From contig JAMWBK010000008.1 in the NCBI GenBank assembly GCA_029953675.1, positions 1,240,001 to 1,304,000 of the forward strand: a DNA stretch of 64,000 nucleotides, in the 5' to 3' direction. Below, one piece after another: positions 11,905-22,876 of this stretch. The DNA comes from Rhodosorus marinus CCMP1338 (taxonomy: Eukaryota; Plantae; Rhodophyta). A model generated the notes under the pieces. That model did no database searches and was not told where the DNA came from. It was given only the letters and a program-made list of their open reading frames with translations. A program made the position numbers and the translations under genes. How positions within the stretch are numbered: position 1 is the stretch's first letter; the number at the start of each line of letters is the position of its first letter.

Positions 11905-11961
11905 TTACGCTAGTCGTAAACGCTAGTCTGCAGTAGGCAGCTGCCAAGTGAAGTTTACGGT
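11905..11961 (+). mobile_element. Degenerate 16-bp repeats plus a ~30-nt lineage A 3' terminus
   Basis: ttacgctagtc...acgctagtctg followed by cagtaggcagctgccaagtgaagtttac and ggt. Confidence 0.6.
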
Positions 11962-12391
11962 CGCGGGACGCATTCGCAAAATCCATTGTTCTCGCTATTG
12001 GCGATTGCAACCTAAGGCAGAGGGATATAGGAAGAAAAAGGGCCGAGTCCGTCATAGTCGAAGGGTTGAAGAAAAGTGAGTCCACAACGAGAGCAAAATA
12101 GTGAGCAGGAGTGTCATAAGGTCGGAGGGGAAAGTTCATCACGTACCTCAGATGCGCTTGAGCAAGGAAATTCGCTATGGAGGCCACACAGGTTAGTCTG
12201 TTCGTCAATGCACGAGGTACTCGAATTGCAGCAACCGCATATTATATCGTCCACATCTCTTGACAGAAAGCCCGAAAATCCACTCTAGACGAGGTTAGTA
12301 GACGCACAGATGCCCGCGAGGTCCAAGTAGAAACGGATGCACACTTCTGTCAGACTTGTTCTGCAAACGCAGCTTGAGCATTTCCTTGGAC

Positions 12392-13215
12392 TTACGCTGT
12401 TGTTGCAGGTTCCTCCAATGGGGAAGCACCTAAAGTCCACGACAAAGCAGAACCCCAACGGGCACTGGATCTCGCAAGAGCATGTTCCGTCATCAGCTCT
12501 GACGGGACTCTACCATGGAGAACGCATTTATAAGAGGTACAGCCAGGACGAAGTAAGCCAGCAGCAAATGGTTTACAATCTTCGTTCGCAGCATTTCCCA
12601 TCAGAGGTTTAACGGAACTCACCTCTTCGGCAATAGAACAATTGAAGTCTGCAGTGTTAATACAGTCGGTAGAGCCCTCCGAAACGCATGTATCCGTAGC
12701 CGTGCATGCGCAAGCACAGAAACCATTTTCGTCTCTGAAAGTCTCAGCCGCGCGTTGCAATTGAAATTCGAATAATTGACGCACTGGTTATTTGTCTCCA
12801 AAACGCATGTACCCTCAGCCTTGCACGCGCAGGCGCATTCCCCGTCTTGATCAATCAGCACCTGGCGTTGTTAGAACCGGGGACGGTCTCGTCTCAGTTT
12901 GTTTGCATTGTCCCAGGGAAGGAGTGGGTGATTCAGAAGGTGGACTAGTACTTACCGAAAAGCGCGGGCAAAGAGGTTCATCAAGTCCACGGCACGTGAA
13001 GCCATCCCAGCACGAATCCCCTCCACAACATGCGCAGAATTCATCACCTTCTGGAAGGTATGGTACCTATCACGTCAGAGAGGTTGGTGCAACTTGTCAG
13101 CCGTTTGCAACACGTTCACTATCCCCCAGATTGTAAAGCATGGAATAACCCCAAGCGCGTTTTCTGAAGCAAACCAGTCCTGATGGACTCAAGGCCTTCG
13201 TGATTCGTTAAAGGT
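12392..13215 (-). pseudogene. Frameshifted Cys-rich, Ser/Pro/Thr-linker continuation of the 13216-13896 gene
   Basis: Fragments EFCACCGGDSCWDGFTC, STSPPSESPTPS, GECACACKAEGTCV..CVNYSNFNC and GFCACACTATDTCV..CINTADFNC lie in different frames. Confidence 0.55.
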
Positions 13216-13896
13216 TTAGCGCATTATGGAACGACATACCCTTGGAGCGGGGCAGAGAAAGTCGCCAATCGCCGAACAAACACCCCCTAACCCTCGGCAC
13301 TGATCCGCTGCGCAAGCCTCACACTGAATCTCAACGGTACAGGAGGTCGTGTTGTCTGCCTCTCGTGTCGTACATAGGTCGTCCGTATCTTCGTTGGCAC
13401 CAAGAAAAGCACGGATTTCCTCACCATCGGGGATTGAACTGACTATGGCGTAAGCGACTGCATTGACAGTTCCTCCGCAGCACTCAGACATTCCGGCTAA
13501 TTCGTCCGGACAGATGAGAATCCTGGCTACTGTAACCGGGTCTACTATCCCATTTCCTGACTTCCAACTATCGATGTCCTGGTAGGACGTAAATCTATCC
13601 TGCTTCTCAGGAGGCTCACCAAAGTGCCCCCCTCCTCGCAGCTTATTGAGTTGATATCCTTCATCAGCTCTGAACTTGAGTCTCATACAGCTCGGGGGGA
13701 ACTCGGCCACAATTTTGTCGTTTAACCTCGTGTCCGCACACACTTCACCATATCGGACACCATTCCTGTCACGGAGTGGTCTACAAAACTGTGAATATTC
13801 AAACGCTCCGCTGCGTGGATCACTGGAGCAGCCCTGACATTGAACGACAGCAAGGACCGCGGCCAGTACGAGTGCTACAAGTGGGCTAGACCCCAT
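13216..13896 (-). CDS. Putative secreted Cys-rich protein (N-terminal part), unknown family
   Basis: Signal peptide MGSSPLVALVLAAVLAVVQC; 226-aa ORF with many Cys residues. Confidence 0.65.
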   Translation of the reverse strand: MGSSPLVALVLAAVLAVVQCQGCSSDPRSGAFEYSQFCRPLRDRNGVRYGEVCADTRLNDKIVAEFPPSCMRLKFRADEGYQLNKLRGGGHFGEPPEKQDRFTSYQDIDSWKSGNGIVDPVTVARILICPDELAGMSECCGGTVNAVAYAIVSSIPDGEEIRAFLGANEDTDDLCTTREADNTTSCTVEIQCEACAADQCRGLGGVCSAIGDFLCPAPRVCRSIMR

Positions 13897-14468
13897 ATCT
13901 CCTCAACCCCTCTCTGCGTGTCCAGCTTCTTTCTCCTACGAACCCCCAAAACTACCAAGACTCCTCTCTCGACTTCACTGAGCATCAACAGAGGCGTACT
14001 TCGTCTCTTGAGTAGAGCTGTGCAATTATGTACGAGCAAGGGTGGATTTGCCGGTGGGCACGAGGGCTGTTCGAAATTTGCCCACTTTCTATGTCCCAAG
14101 GTCCATTTCCCGCCTTTGTGCATTTCTTCACTGTTTGGGCCTTCGCGTTGCTTCGCTTCAACCAGTGCGGGGCTAGAGATTCCGCAACACAAATCCCAGA
14201 TTATGCAGAGTCCAAGGACAGGGGATCCGATTCTTTCTAAAGCTTAAAAAAATCAGCAAAGCTTAATGTGCCAGGGAAAATATTGTCAGGACATATAGTA
14301 CGTGCGTGAACGATCCCGTGATTTGAAGGTTGCGAATCCTTCAGTAAACAAAAGTTCCAATTCCTCATGGCGAGGTGGGATCTGATTTATTTCAGTAGTG
14401 ATCTCGTCCCAAGGAAGACGCGGATGTGCGAAAGGGTTTGCAGTAAATTCTTCATGCATCAGAGTGTG

Positions 14469-14487
14469 ATATATATATATATATATA
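14469..14487. repeat. (AT)n microsatellite
   Basis: About 9 AT units, immediately 5' of a truncated lineage C-type element. Confidence 0.9.
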
Positions 14488-14489
14488 AA

Positions 14490-15190
14490 ATCATTTTTAT
14501 GACCGAACAGCCCGCTCTTCCGTGGCCCTCCGAAAGGGGCTCGCCATGCCCTCTATGCCTTCAGCACGAAGCTCCCGCGGATTTTTGGAGCTCACTTGCT
14601 CGCTAGCTGCCCGACTGTGAAAGCAGTTCGCACCCGCCGACATACACGGATCCTGAACCTGCTGTATCGCGAGCTGCGCCCCATCGTACGGCAATTTGGT
14701 CTTGAAATCGAACGTGAGAAGCATCTGCCTGTTGCTGACTACCAAAATGACGAGTGCCGAGTTGCCGACCTCGTGGTTACCTGTGACGATAGCCGCCGAA
14801 CTACGTACGTTGATCTTGCCGTTCCTAATCCTCAGGCCAGCCGTTATCTGCCTGCTGCGGGAGAGCGCCGTGGATTCGCGCTGCCACTATGAGACGTAGC
14901 AAGGAAGTGAAAGATACGAGGGCTTTGTCTTCTCCGGGAATTCGAGCTTGGGCCTTAGCTCATCGCCTGGTCCATTTGATAATTGATTGTTTCGGATTTA
15001 TGGATTCCGTGGGTTCTTATTGGCTTCGGGAGTCCGAGAACGCCCTGACCGCCTTTCCTGGTTGCTTACCCGACTAAGCGTTCTTCTGTGGAGTATGAAC
15101 GCTGCTTTGATGTTGGAGGCGCGCGATTTTCGCCAATCGCTTTTTTTCCACCTCGGGGTTTTCTGCAGTCCCCGATTAAACACATTCATT
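14490..15190 (+). mobile_element. 5'-truncated lineage C-type element: zinc knuckle, RLE and tail
   Basis: CPLC...HLLASCP, RTRRHTRI, RVADLVV..TYVDLAVPNP, IIDCFGFMDSVG, WSMNAALMLEAR; ends cacattcatt. Confidence 0.85.
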
Positions 15191-15460
15191 CTGCTGGGGC
15201 CTGCTAGAGGATCTGTTTTTTTTCCTACGACAACGCTGGATTCCATACTGACGCGCTTCCTTTCCCCTACTATAGATTTTGGGAATGTATAGCCGGATAT
15301 CAGGGGATAGCTTGAGTCACGGTTGAAAAAAAGGGGGAATCGCAATACCATAGATCCAGATCACTCGTCCCCAGTAGCTTACTCCACGGGCGTCAGCCCC
15401 ATCAATCTCGCCCCCCCCCAAAAACCAGTTGAAAACTCAAAGAACAAACAACTGCACGTC

Positions 15461-16535
15461 GTGCTCTGTGTAGTCACTGTCGGGCAAACCATACGAAAAA
15501 TAGGTTTGGTATCTAAAAAATGATTTGCTGGGAAATTGTACTGAAATTTTTCTTCCGCAAAATGTAGCAGGCTGAAGCAGAGTCCTTACGTATCAGTTTC
15601 AGTTTCAAAGAGAGCAGTGAGTTGAGTGCAGCCAGCGGCAGTTTGGATCCGAAACTTTGCAAAGCTTAAAAGCATAATTAATTCTTCTAAACTGAGGTTT
15701 CCTGAAGACGATTGGATAACAGAATATTTCGGAAAAAAGGAGATTAGAACCGGTGTCCAAATAATTTTAATGATACAAACGTTGCTTTTGTTTAATGATA
15801 TTAAGGTTGAGAATCGTTGTGGACTACTTTGCTGTTGGAACATGCACATATTATCATCATCTCTCGATCTGAAGTACGTGCATTGTCAGCAACACGCAAT
15901 GTAATACACAACGATTCTCAACTTTAATATCATTAAACAAAAATCGTATACAACCACCGATATTAGCTCACTATTCACGAAAAGGGTAGTATGATTGAAT
16001 GATTTATATTCTCGACAAGAGAGTTGTGGTGTGTAGTCTCTGTGGGGCAAACCACACGAAAAATAGGTTTGCTGATCTAAAAAATGATTTGAGGGGAAAT
16101 TATTCTGAAAGTTTTCTTCCGCAAAATGTAGCAGGCTGAAACAGAGTCCTTATGGTACAGTTTCTGTATAAACGAGCCCGCTGAGTTGAGGGACAGTGGC
16201 AGTTTGGATCCGACATGGTCCAAAGTTCAAAATCAGAAAAGCATAATTAATTAAACCAATTTATTCTTCTTTGCTGAGGTTTCCTGAAGACGATTGGATA
16301 ACAAAATATTTCGGAGAAAACGGGGATTAGGACTGCTGCCCAAATAATTTTAATGATACAAACGTTGTTTTTGTTTATTGACATTCAATGTTGAGAATCG
16401 TTGTGGATTGCTTCGTTGTTGGACATGCACATATTTCCATCCTCCTAAGGGCATACAAACTACCGAAATTAGATCACTATTCAAGAAAAAGGCGATATGA
16501 TTGAATGATTTAGATTCTCGAGAAAAGAGTTTGTT
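15461..16535. repeat. AT-rich diverged tandem duplication, period about 563 bp
   Basis: tgtgtagtc..gggcaaacca.acgaaaaataggtttg starts at about 15467 and 16030, with collinear similarity through both units. Confidence 0.85.
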
Positions 16536-16605
16536 GGATCAATGTGTCCAACGAAAAGTAAGGATGGGACTTTTTTAAGCCAGGGGGGGATTTCTATCCT
16601 CCCGA

Positions 16606-16666
16606 TGTGTACCACTGCACCAGCTCTACAGGGAGCTGAAACCTGCGCCACAACATGGCCCGGGAC
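16606..16666 (+). mobile_element. Short internal fragment of lineage B
   Basis: cactgcaccagctctacagggagctg...gcgccacaacatggcccgggac matches about 9905-9960 and 43490-43540. Confidence 0.75.
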
Positions 16667-16718
16667 GGGTTACGTTAGTCTGGGGTTGCCTTAGTCTGGG
16701 GTTACGTTAGTCTGGGGT
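16667..16718 (+). repeat. Three tandem telomere-like 16-bp units (G-rich on +)
   Basis: GGG TTACGTTAGTCTGGGG TTGCCTTAGTCTGGGG TTACGTTAGTCTGGGG T. Confidence 0.9.
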
Positions 16719-19700
16719 CGCGAGTGTCCACTGATGGCACAGGCCAGGATACCGAGACGACTCCGGCAGCCGTAGAGGCTCCACAGGGCAACACTGCACC
16801 CCAGGCCGACCACACTGCCACCCATCACGCGATGGACACACAGGACAGGCAGGAAACACCTACGCAATAATGTCCAGCCGACAAAGGGGAATCAAGCGAA
16901 GACGCGACGAGCCTCTATTCCCCTCGGATCGTCAAGCCTGGGTTAAACGGTGGACAGACTTCGTTGACCAAGTTACGACGGGAGGCAGGCATTGGACGCG
17001 CCTTACTTGGCTCGGGGACTGACCCAGATCGAAGCAATCGCACGTGGAGTAGGTCTAACCGTGGAACCCGAAAAATGCCGTTTTCTCGGCCCGCGTGAAG
17101 TTTCGAGGGGCTCCCTGCCACCTAGTCTCCGGGCCCTTGGTGAACATGCGGGGCTCGAGCACCATGGCGTCGGTTTTGGGAGTGACAACTTTGTCCATGA
17201 CTCTTGCGACGAGTTTTAGCGCGCCATAAGCAGCTCACCGACGCCATTGAGCGCCTACCGGATAGCATGCTCCAATCGGCCTGCCTGCTCTCCCGCTTTT
17301 GTGCCGGCCCCCGACTGAATTACTGGCTGTGAAGCCTTCCACCGCACTGGGGCTCGTGGACGGCAGCCAAGGCGGACGAGGCGACGCTGAAGCACTGGGG
17401 AACGCTCCTGGATGAACCCCTGGATGTGGAAGCGGCTCCTGACAGGGACCTAATTCGTGGCCAGATTGCCCTACCTTTACGATTAGGCGGATTTGGAGTG
17501 GCCGACCGTGGCCTAGTATGCGCGGCAGCGGCGGCGGTCGCCTCCTGGGCTACTGCGCTTCGCACCTTGGTGAGTTTTCGGATGCGAAGTGCTTGCCTTT
17601 TGGCTAGAGCACTGACTAGCGAAGACCCCGTGACCCTTCCGCCGCCGCTTTTGAGTATCTATGATGCTCTGCAACAGGCGTTCAGCAAGTGCAACGCCGT
17701 GCCGGACCAGAGCCGATCCAGATTTCGATCCTGGAAGGAGCTGTTATGGGGACGAACTGAGGCGCTCGAGGACTCTCCCATCGACAGAGTACTCGCCGAC
17801 GAGGGGGAAGCTAGCCCCGGGTCACCGGTTGCCGATTACCCGGGTCTGAGCCGATTGTGGAGCTCGCGCACTGATGTGATACAACATAGCCTCACCTGGG
17901 GCCAACGCAGTGCCGCTCACGCAATCTTGCTCAACTCTCCACTCACACCGCCTACCACCGCCGCTCGCCTCCGCGGCACGGGAGGCCATCTTTCACATTT
18001 GTGGCTAACGACCCTGCCGTCATCACTGGGTCACCGTCTGGATGCCTTCCAGTTTCGCTCTGCCACACGGATTTACCTGGGCGGGGAGGACAATCCTCAC
18101 GCGGAACTCCCTTGTAACCCTCCGGAGCCACCTCAAAAGAAGCGCCAGCGAGTAACCGCTGCTGGCCTCGGACCAGATACTGAGATGACTCCCGCCACAC
18201 TCGAGTCCCCGCAGCGGGTCAACACTCTGAATACTGCATCGGACACACCTACGATGGACACACAGGACTGACAAGAAGAAGACCTATCATAATGCCGACA
18301 CGACGCCGCGGGATCAAACGCCCACGAGAAGAGCCTCGGTTCTTCTCTGATCGTTAGGCCTGGATCAGCCGTTGGAATGCCTTCGTCGACGAGATTACGG
18401 AGGGGGGCATGCAATGCACTCGCATCACCCAATGCCCGGTACCCACCAGGCGCTTCGTACCCCGAGCACACGTTTCTACATCGAGCCGGCTTCTTCGTGC
18501 TGCACTCGAGCTTTCGATGGACCATACTGCACCGCCGCAAGCCAGCCTGCTTCTTGTAGGACTCCCTGGTTTGGTATTTGGACAATCGACACTTGCCATC
18601 GGCGTGCAGGTCGCCGATGTGCTAGACGGAGACTTCCACCAGGTCTGGACCGACCTCGAGGGGAAGGCCGCATCGCTGACGCCGTCTAGCGCACCACAGG
18701 GAGCCGAAGCCGTTCGTCGCCGAGTCACTGGGCGCCGAAAACAAGCGCTGAAACTCGCACGTCTTGGTCGCCTCTCGGATGCTGCAAGAAGACTACAGGC
18801 TAAGGAAATGGCTCCTTTCACAGAAGCTACCTGGCGGCAACTGCAACAACTCTTCCCGAGCCCTGCTGACGTGGATTGCCCTGCCGAAATCTCGGATGCC
18901 CTAGAAAGCCTACTCAAGGCGGACGACGACACTCTGAAACAGCGGTGGGGTTCAAGAAAGGCAGCTGACGAGGGCCTCCTATCAATTGTAGCACGTCTTC
19001 CTCAAGGGAAGAGCCCCGGCCCCAGCGGCCTGCGTGCGGAACACCTGCAAGGCGCGAACCAGCATACTCAGGTCGCACTGATCCGGGTCTTGTGCCAACT
19101 CGCGACTACTCCGGAGAGATTCTCACCCCTTCTGACACGCGCCTTGCGCAGCAGTAGGCTCCTGCCGTTCGCTAAGCCAGCACAGGGGACTGACTCCCAG
19201 GTAAATCCAGGCCTCCGTCCAATCGGCGTGCCGGAGGTTTTGTGAAAGGTGGCCACTCAGTGGACACTGCGAGCGGTGATGAACCGGGTTAGAGAGCTTT
19301 TGGTGCCCCTACAACTGGGGATTGGGGTCAGCGGTGGGTGCGAGCGGTCACTTCACGCCATCCAGGCCCACCTATCATGTGAACCTGACTCGGTAGTACT
19401 CCGCCTGGACCTCGCGAACGCGTTCAACCGAATAGATCGGCGTATCGCCAAAAAACTGGTGGATCAGAACTTCCCGGAGCTCGCCGCGGTTTCTGCGCTC
19501 GACGCAGAAACCGGAGTTCAACAGGGAGATCCATTAGGGCCGGTGCTACACGCGCTCTCCCTCGCCCCCTTCCTTAAGGCACAACCATCGTCGCCATCCA
19601 CGACGTTATCACTCTGGTTGGAGCGCTGCCTAGACTCAAGGAGGCACTACTCTGGGGACAAAGCTTGCTACCTTGCCTCGGGGCCCGCTTTCAACGCAGC

Positions 19701-20345
19701 AAATGTAGCCTCTACGGACCATCGCTAACGACAACGAGCTTAGTCAACCGTGCGATTCCTGGCGTGAAAGTGACCAGGGAAGGCCTCTCGATTCATTCTA
19801 TCCCGATAGGGACCCGACACTACATCGAAGACGAGTGCCGGCGGCTACAGAACCAGCACGAGGCGCTGTTCAAAGAGATCTCGAGGCTACCAACAGAGGA
19901 ACTGCCCATACAGCTCGCCCTGTTCCGGTACTGTGCTGAAACGCGTTTGGACTACACTCTAGGATGCCTTGCCTACGCATTTGGACGAGCTCTGGCCCGA
20001 GAGGCGGACAACATGACGTGATGTCACCTGGAGGTCTTGTTCGGCGGCCTCTCTACCACGGCCTTCGCCGAGGACGAGTTAGTACACCCGGTCAACGAGC
20101 GGATGTCGCTACCCTGCCGATGGGGCGGATTGCGGCTCGCGACACGTACGCGGATACAGCCGACTGCGTTCTTCTCAGCATGGGCGCAGACCTTGGGAGA
20201 CCATCAAGGCCAGTGGCCTTATACAACGGAGATACAGCGGCAGGTTGGGCAAGCGGGCGCGGTACACACAGGTCGCCTAGGCCGCATCCAGGTGTCAACA
20301 GAGCAGATTGGAGAGCAACTACGAGCGTCTGCTCGTGCCATTAGG
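16719..20345 (+). mobile_element. Mosaic of CRE-like fragments: lineage A (16719-~16980), C-like post-RT segment (~16985-18080), lineage A RT region (~18082-20345)
   Basis: C-like part: QIALPLRLGGFG, SRTDVIQHSLTW. Lineage A part: GKSPGPSGLRAEHL, RPIGVPEVL, LDLANAFNRIDR, GVQQGDPLGP, LPCRWGGL. Cut off at about 20345. Confidence 0.8.
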
Positions 20346-22876
20346 TGGCGCCAAAAAGTTGCCGTGAAGACTGGATCGCGATCTGTGACAAAACTCCGTG
20401 GAAATCCGAACCAGGCGACGATATGTTGCAGGATAAGTGTTGCCACTCCTTCCGCGGTTTCCATTTTCGTCGTCGGGATAAATACGGCGTACTTCGTGAG
20501 TCGATCGACCACAACTAGTATAGCGTCATTACCCGCGATACTGGGAAAGCCTGTTATGAAGTCCATAGTCCAGTCGACCGCGCGATTCTCCGGAATTGCG
20601 AGCGGTTGCAGCTCGCCCTGGTTGCGCCGAAGTGGTTGTTCACGGGCGCATATCTCGCATTGTTGTACGCGCGTGAAAATGTCTTTCCTCATGCTAGGCC
20701 AGTAATAGCGTCGTCGCACAACACGGTAAGTAGCTTGTGCGCCGAAATGGCCTGCCGTTAGAGACTGGTGGTGCCCATCGATGACCTGATTAACACGGCG
20801 TTCGGGTACGCAAAGTCGTGCATGGAGGAATAATAGACCCTTTTTTCGTTGGAAACCCTCAAACTGGTCCGGGCTTCGAAATTGCGTGCAAAATTCTGGA
20901 TCGGCTTGGTACTCTGGAGTCCAATCGGCTTCCATCGTTACGCGGGTGGCTCGTAGTGCGTCGCGACTCAGTGCATCCGTGACGTTTATCTTGCCGCGTA
21001 CGTATTGAACCTCAAAGGAGTAGGGTAGTAATATATTCACGTACCGCGCCTGCCGACGAGTTAATGTCGTCTGTGTTTGCAAGAAGCGTAGCGGGTTATG
21101 GTCCGTACGCACAGTGAACTGTTGCCCATCAAGATACACGGACCACCTGCGGATGGCCAGGACGATGGCGTAGAGTTCTTTCTCGTACGTACTGTAGCGT
21201 TTCTCGGTACTATTGAAGGATCGGGACATGTACGCCACGGGCACCTCCTGATCCTGGCGGGTCTGGAATAGGATAGCACCCACCCCGGTGTCGCTCGCGT
21301 CAGTTTGCACGATGAAGGGGAGGATCGGATCAACCATGTACAGCATGGTGGTTGCTGATATGGCGGATTTTAACCCATCAAAGGCTTGTTGTTCGTCCGC
21401 GTGCCAACCCCACTTCTGGTCCTTCTTCGTTAGCCTGTGGAGGGGCGCCGCCACTTGGGCGAAGTGTGGTACAAAGGGGCGCAAGAAGTTCGCGAAACCC
21501 ATGAAGGCCCGTAGCTCCTTAACCGTCATTGGCGTCCTCCAATTCTGAATTGCTTTGACCTTCTCCGGATCGGGACGTCGAGTGCCTCCCGCCAAGATTT
21601 GGCCTAGGTAGCAAACTTGGCGTAATCCAAAACCGCACTTCGAGTATTTGACGATCAACTGATGCTGCTCAAGGCGTCGTAGCACCTTTCGAACATCGTC
21701 CTGGTGTTGTATGTCATCTGGGGAATATACCAGAATGTCGTCAACGTATAACACCACGCACTGGTTGAGAAGATCATATAATACGTCCGTCAGGTAGCGG
21801 ATGAATGCCGAGCGCGCATTCTTCAACCCAAACGGCATGACATTCCATTGGTACTGTCCGAAGCACGTGACAAAGGCCGTCTTCTCGCGTGATGCCTGTT
21901 CAATTGGCAACTGCCAATATCCCGAGCGAAGGTCTAACGTTGTGAAAACCCGAGCGCTGCTCAGGGTATCCAATAGCTCCTCCACTCTAGGCGGGGTCGT
22001 TCTTTCTCGCACGGTGATCTGGTTCAAACGGCGATAGTCGATGCAGAGGCGTCGCCCACCGTCTTTTTTGTCCACGTACAACACAGGTGCAGCATACGGA
22101 CTTCTGCTCCGTGAGATAAATCCTTGCTCTTCCAAGTCGTGCAATTCTCCTTGTAGCCGCTCTCGGTCGACCCGTGACATCGAATATGCGCGTTGAGCTG
22201 GTGTACTCGCCCCTGGTTGCAATTCGATTTTGAGTGCATATCGTTGCCGGTTCTTCGGTGGCAACGGCAATATATCTTGGAAAACTTGGGGAAACTCTTT
22301 CCGGATGACCGCACCAAGCCTCTTTCCTGGGTCGGCAACCTGGTCCTTTCCGCCTTTCTCTAGGCCTTCCTCTTTCCGGATGACCGCGTCAGACCTCTCC
22401 CCTATTTCTTCCTCAGTTTCCATACTTGTTATCCCACGCATGCTGGTGTCTTCCGCTCCCAATACCATCTGTAGGGGCTCCGCACTACAATCGATAGTTA
22501 TTCGATGTTGCCTCAAGAAGTCGAGACCTAAGTATACATCATGGCTTAGATGCTTGAATATTCGCAGCTTCGTCTTGAATTGTCGTCCCTGGAGTGTGAT
22601 CGTTGTCTTCGTCACTCCGGGGCTGATCACGGTCTACTCACCGACAGCCAACCCGTATGTCCGTGGCTCGTCGTACCTCGGTAGGTTGGCGGCTTTCGCA
22701 AAGTCCTCTCTAATTGTCGTCACCGCACCGGTGTCGATGAGACATTCCACCGGTTCCGCTGCCACCACGCCTATTGCAGTTAGGCTTGCATTACCCCGTT
22801 GCTGCAACCCAACGGTTGGGATGCTGGTCGCTGGACTCTCGGACGGCATCCCTCGTCCGGAGTCCGTCCGTTTTCC
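20346..22876 (-). pseudogene. pol: Gypsy pol (protease, RT, RNase H, partial integrase) with an in-frame TAG at 22634-22636
   Basis: LIDTGA, RLCIDYRRLN, LDLRSGYWQL, MPFGLKNA, YVDDIL, VQTDASD, TDHNPL, H..GHFG..CEIC, VDWTMDFITG, SFVTDRD. Confidence 0.93.

Noticed and set aside
20219-20345. C-terminal extension of the 803-aa pol ORF
   Set aside because: Read-through into the antisense strand of the adjacent LINE fragment past the truncation junction.
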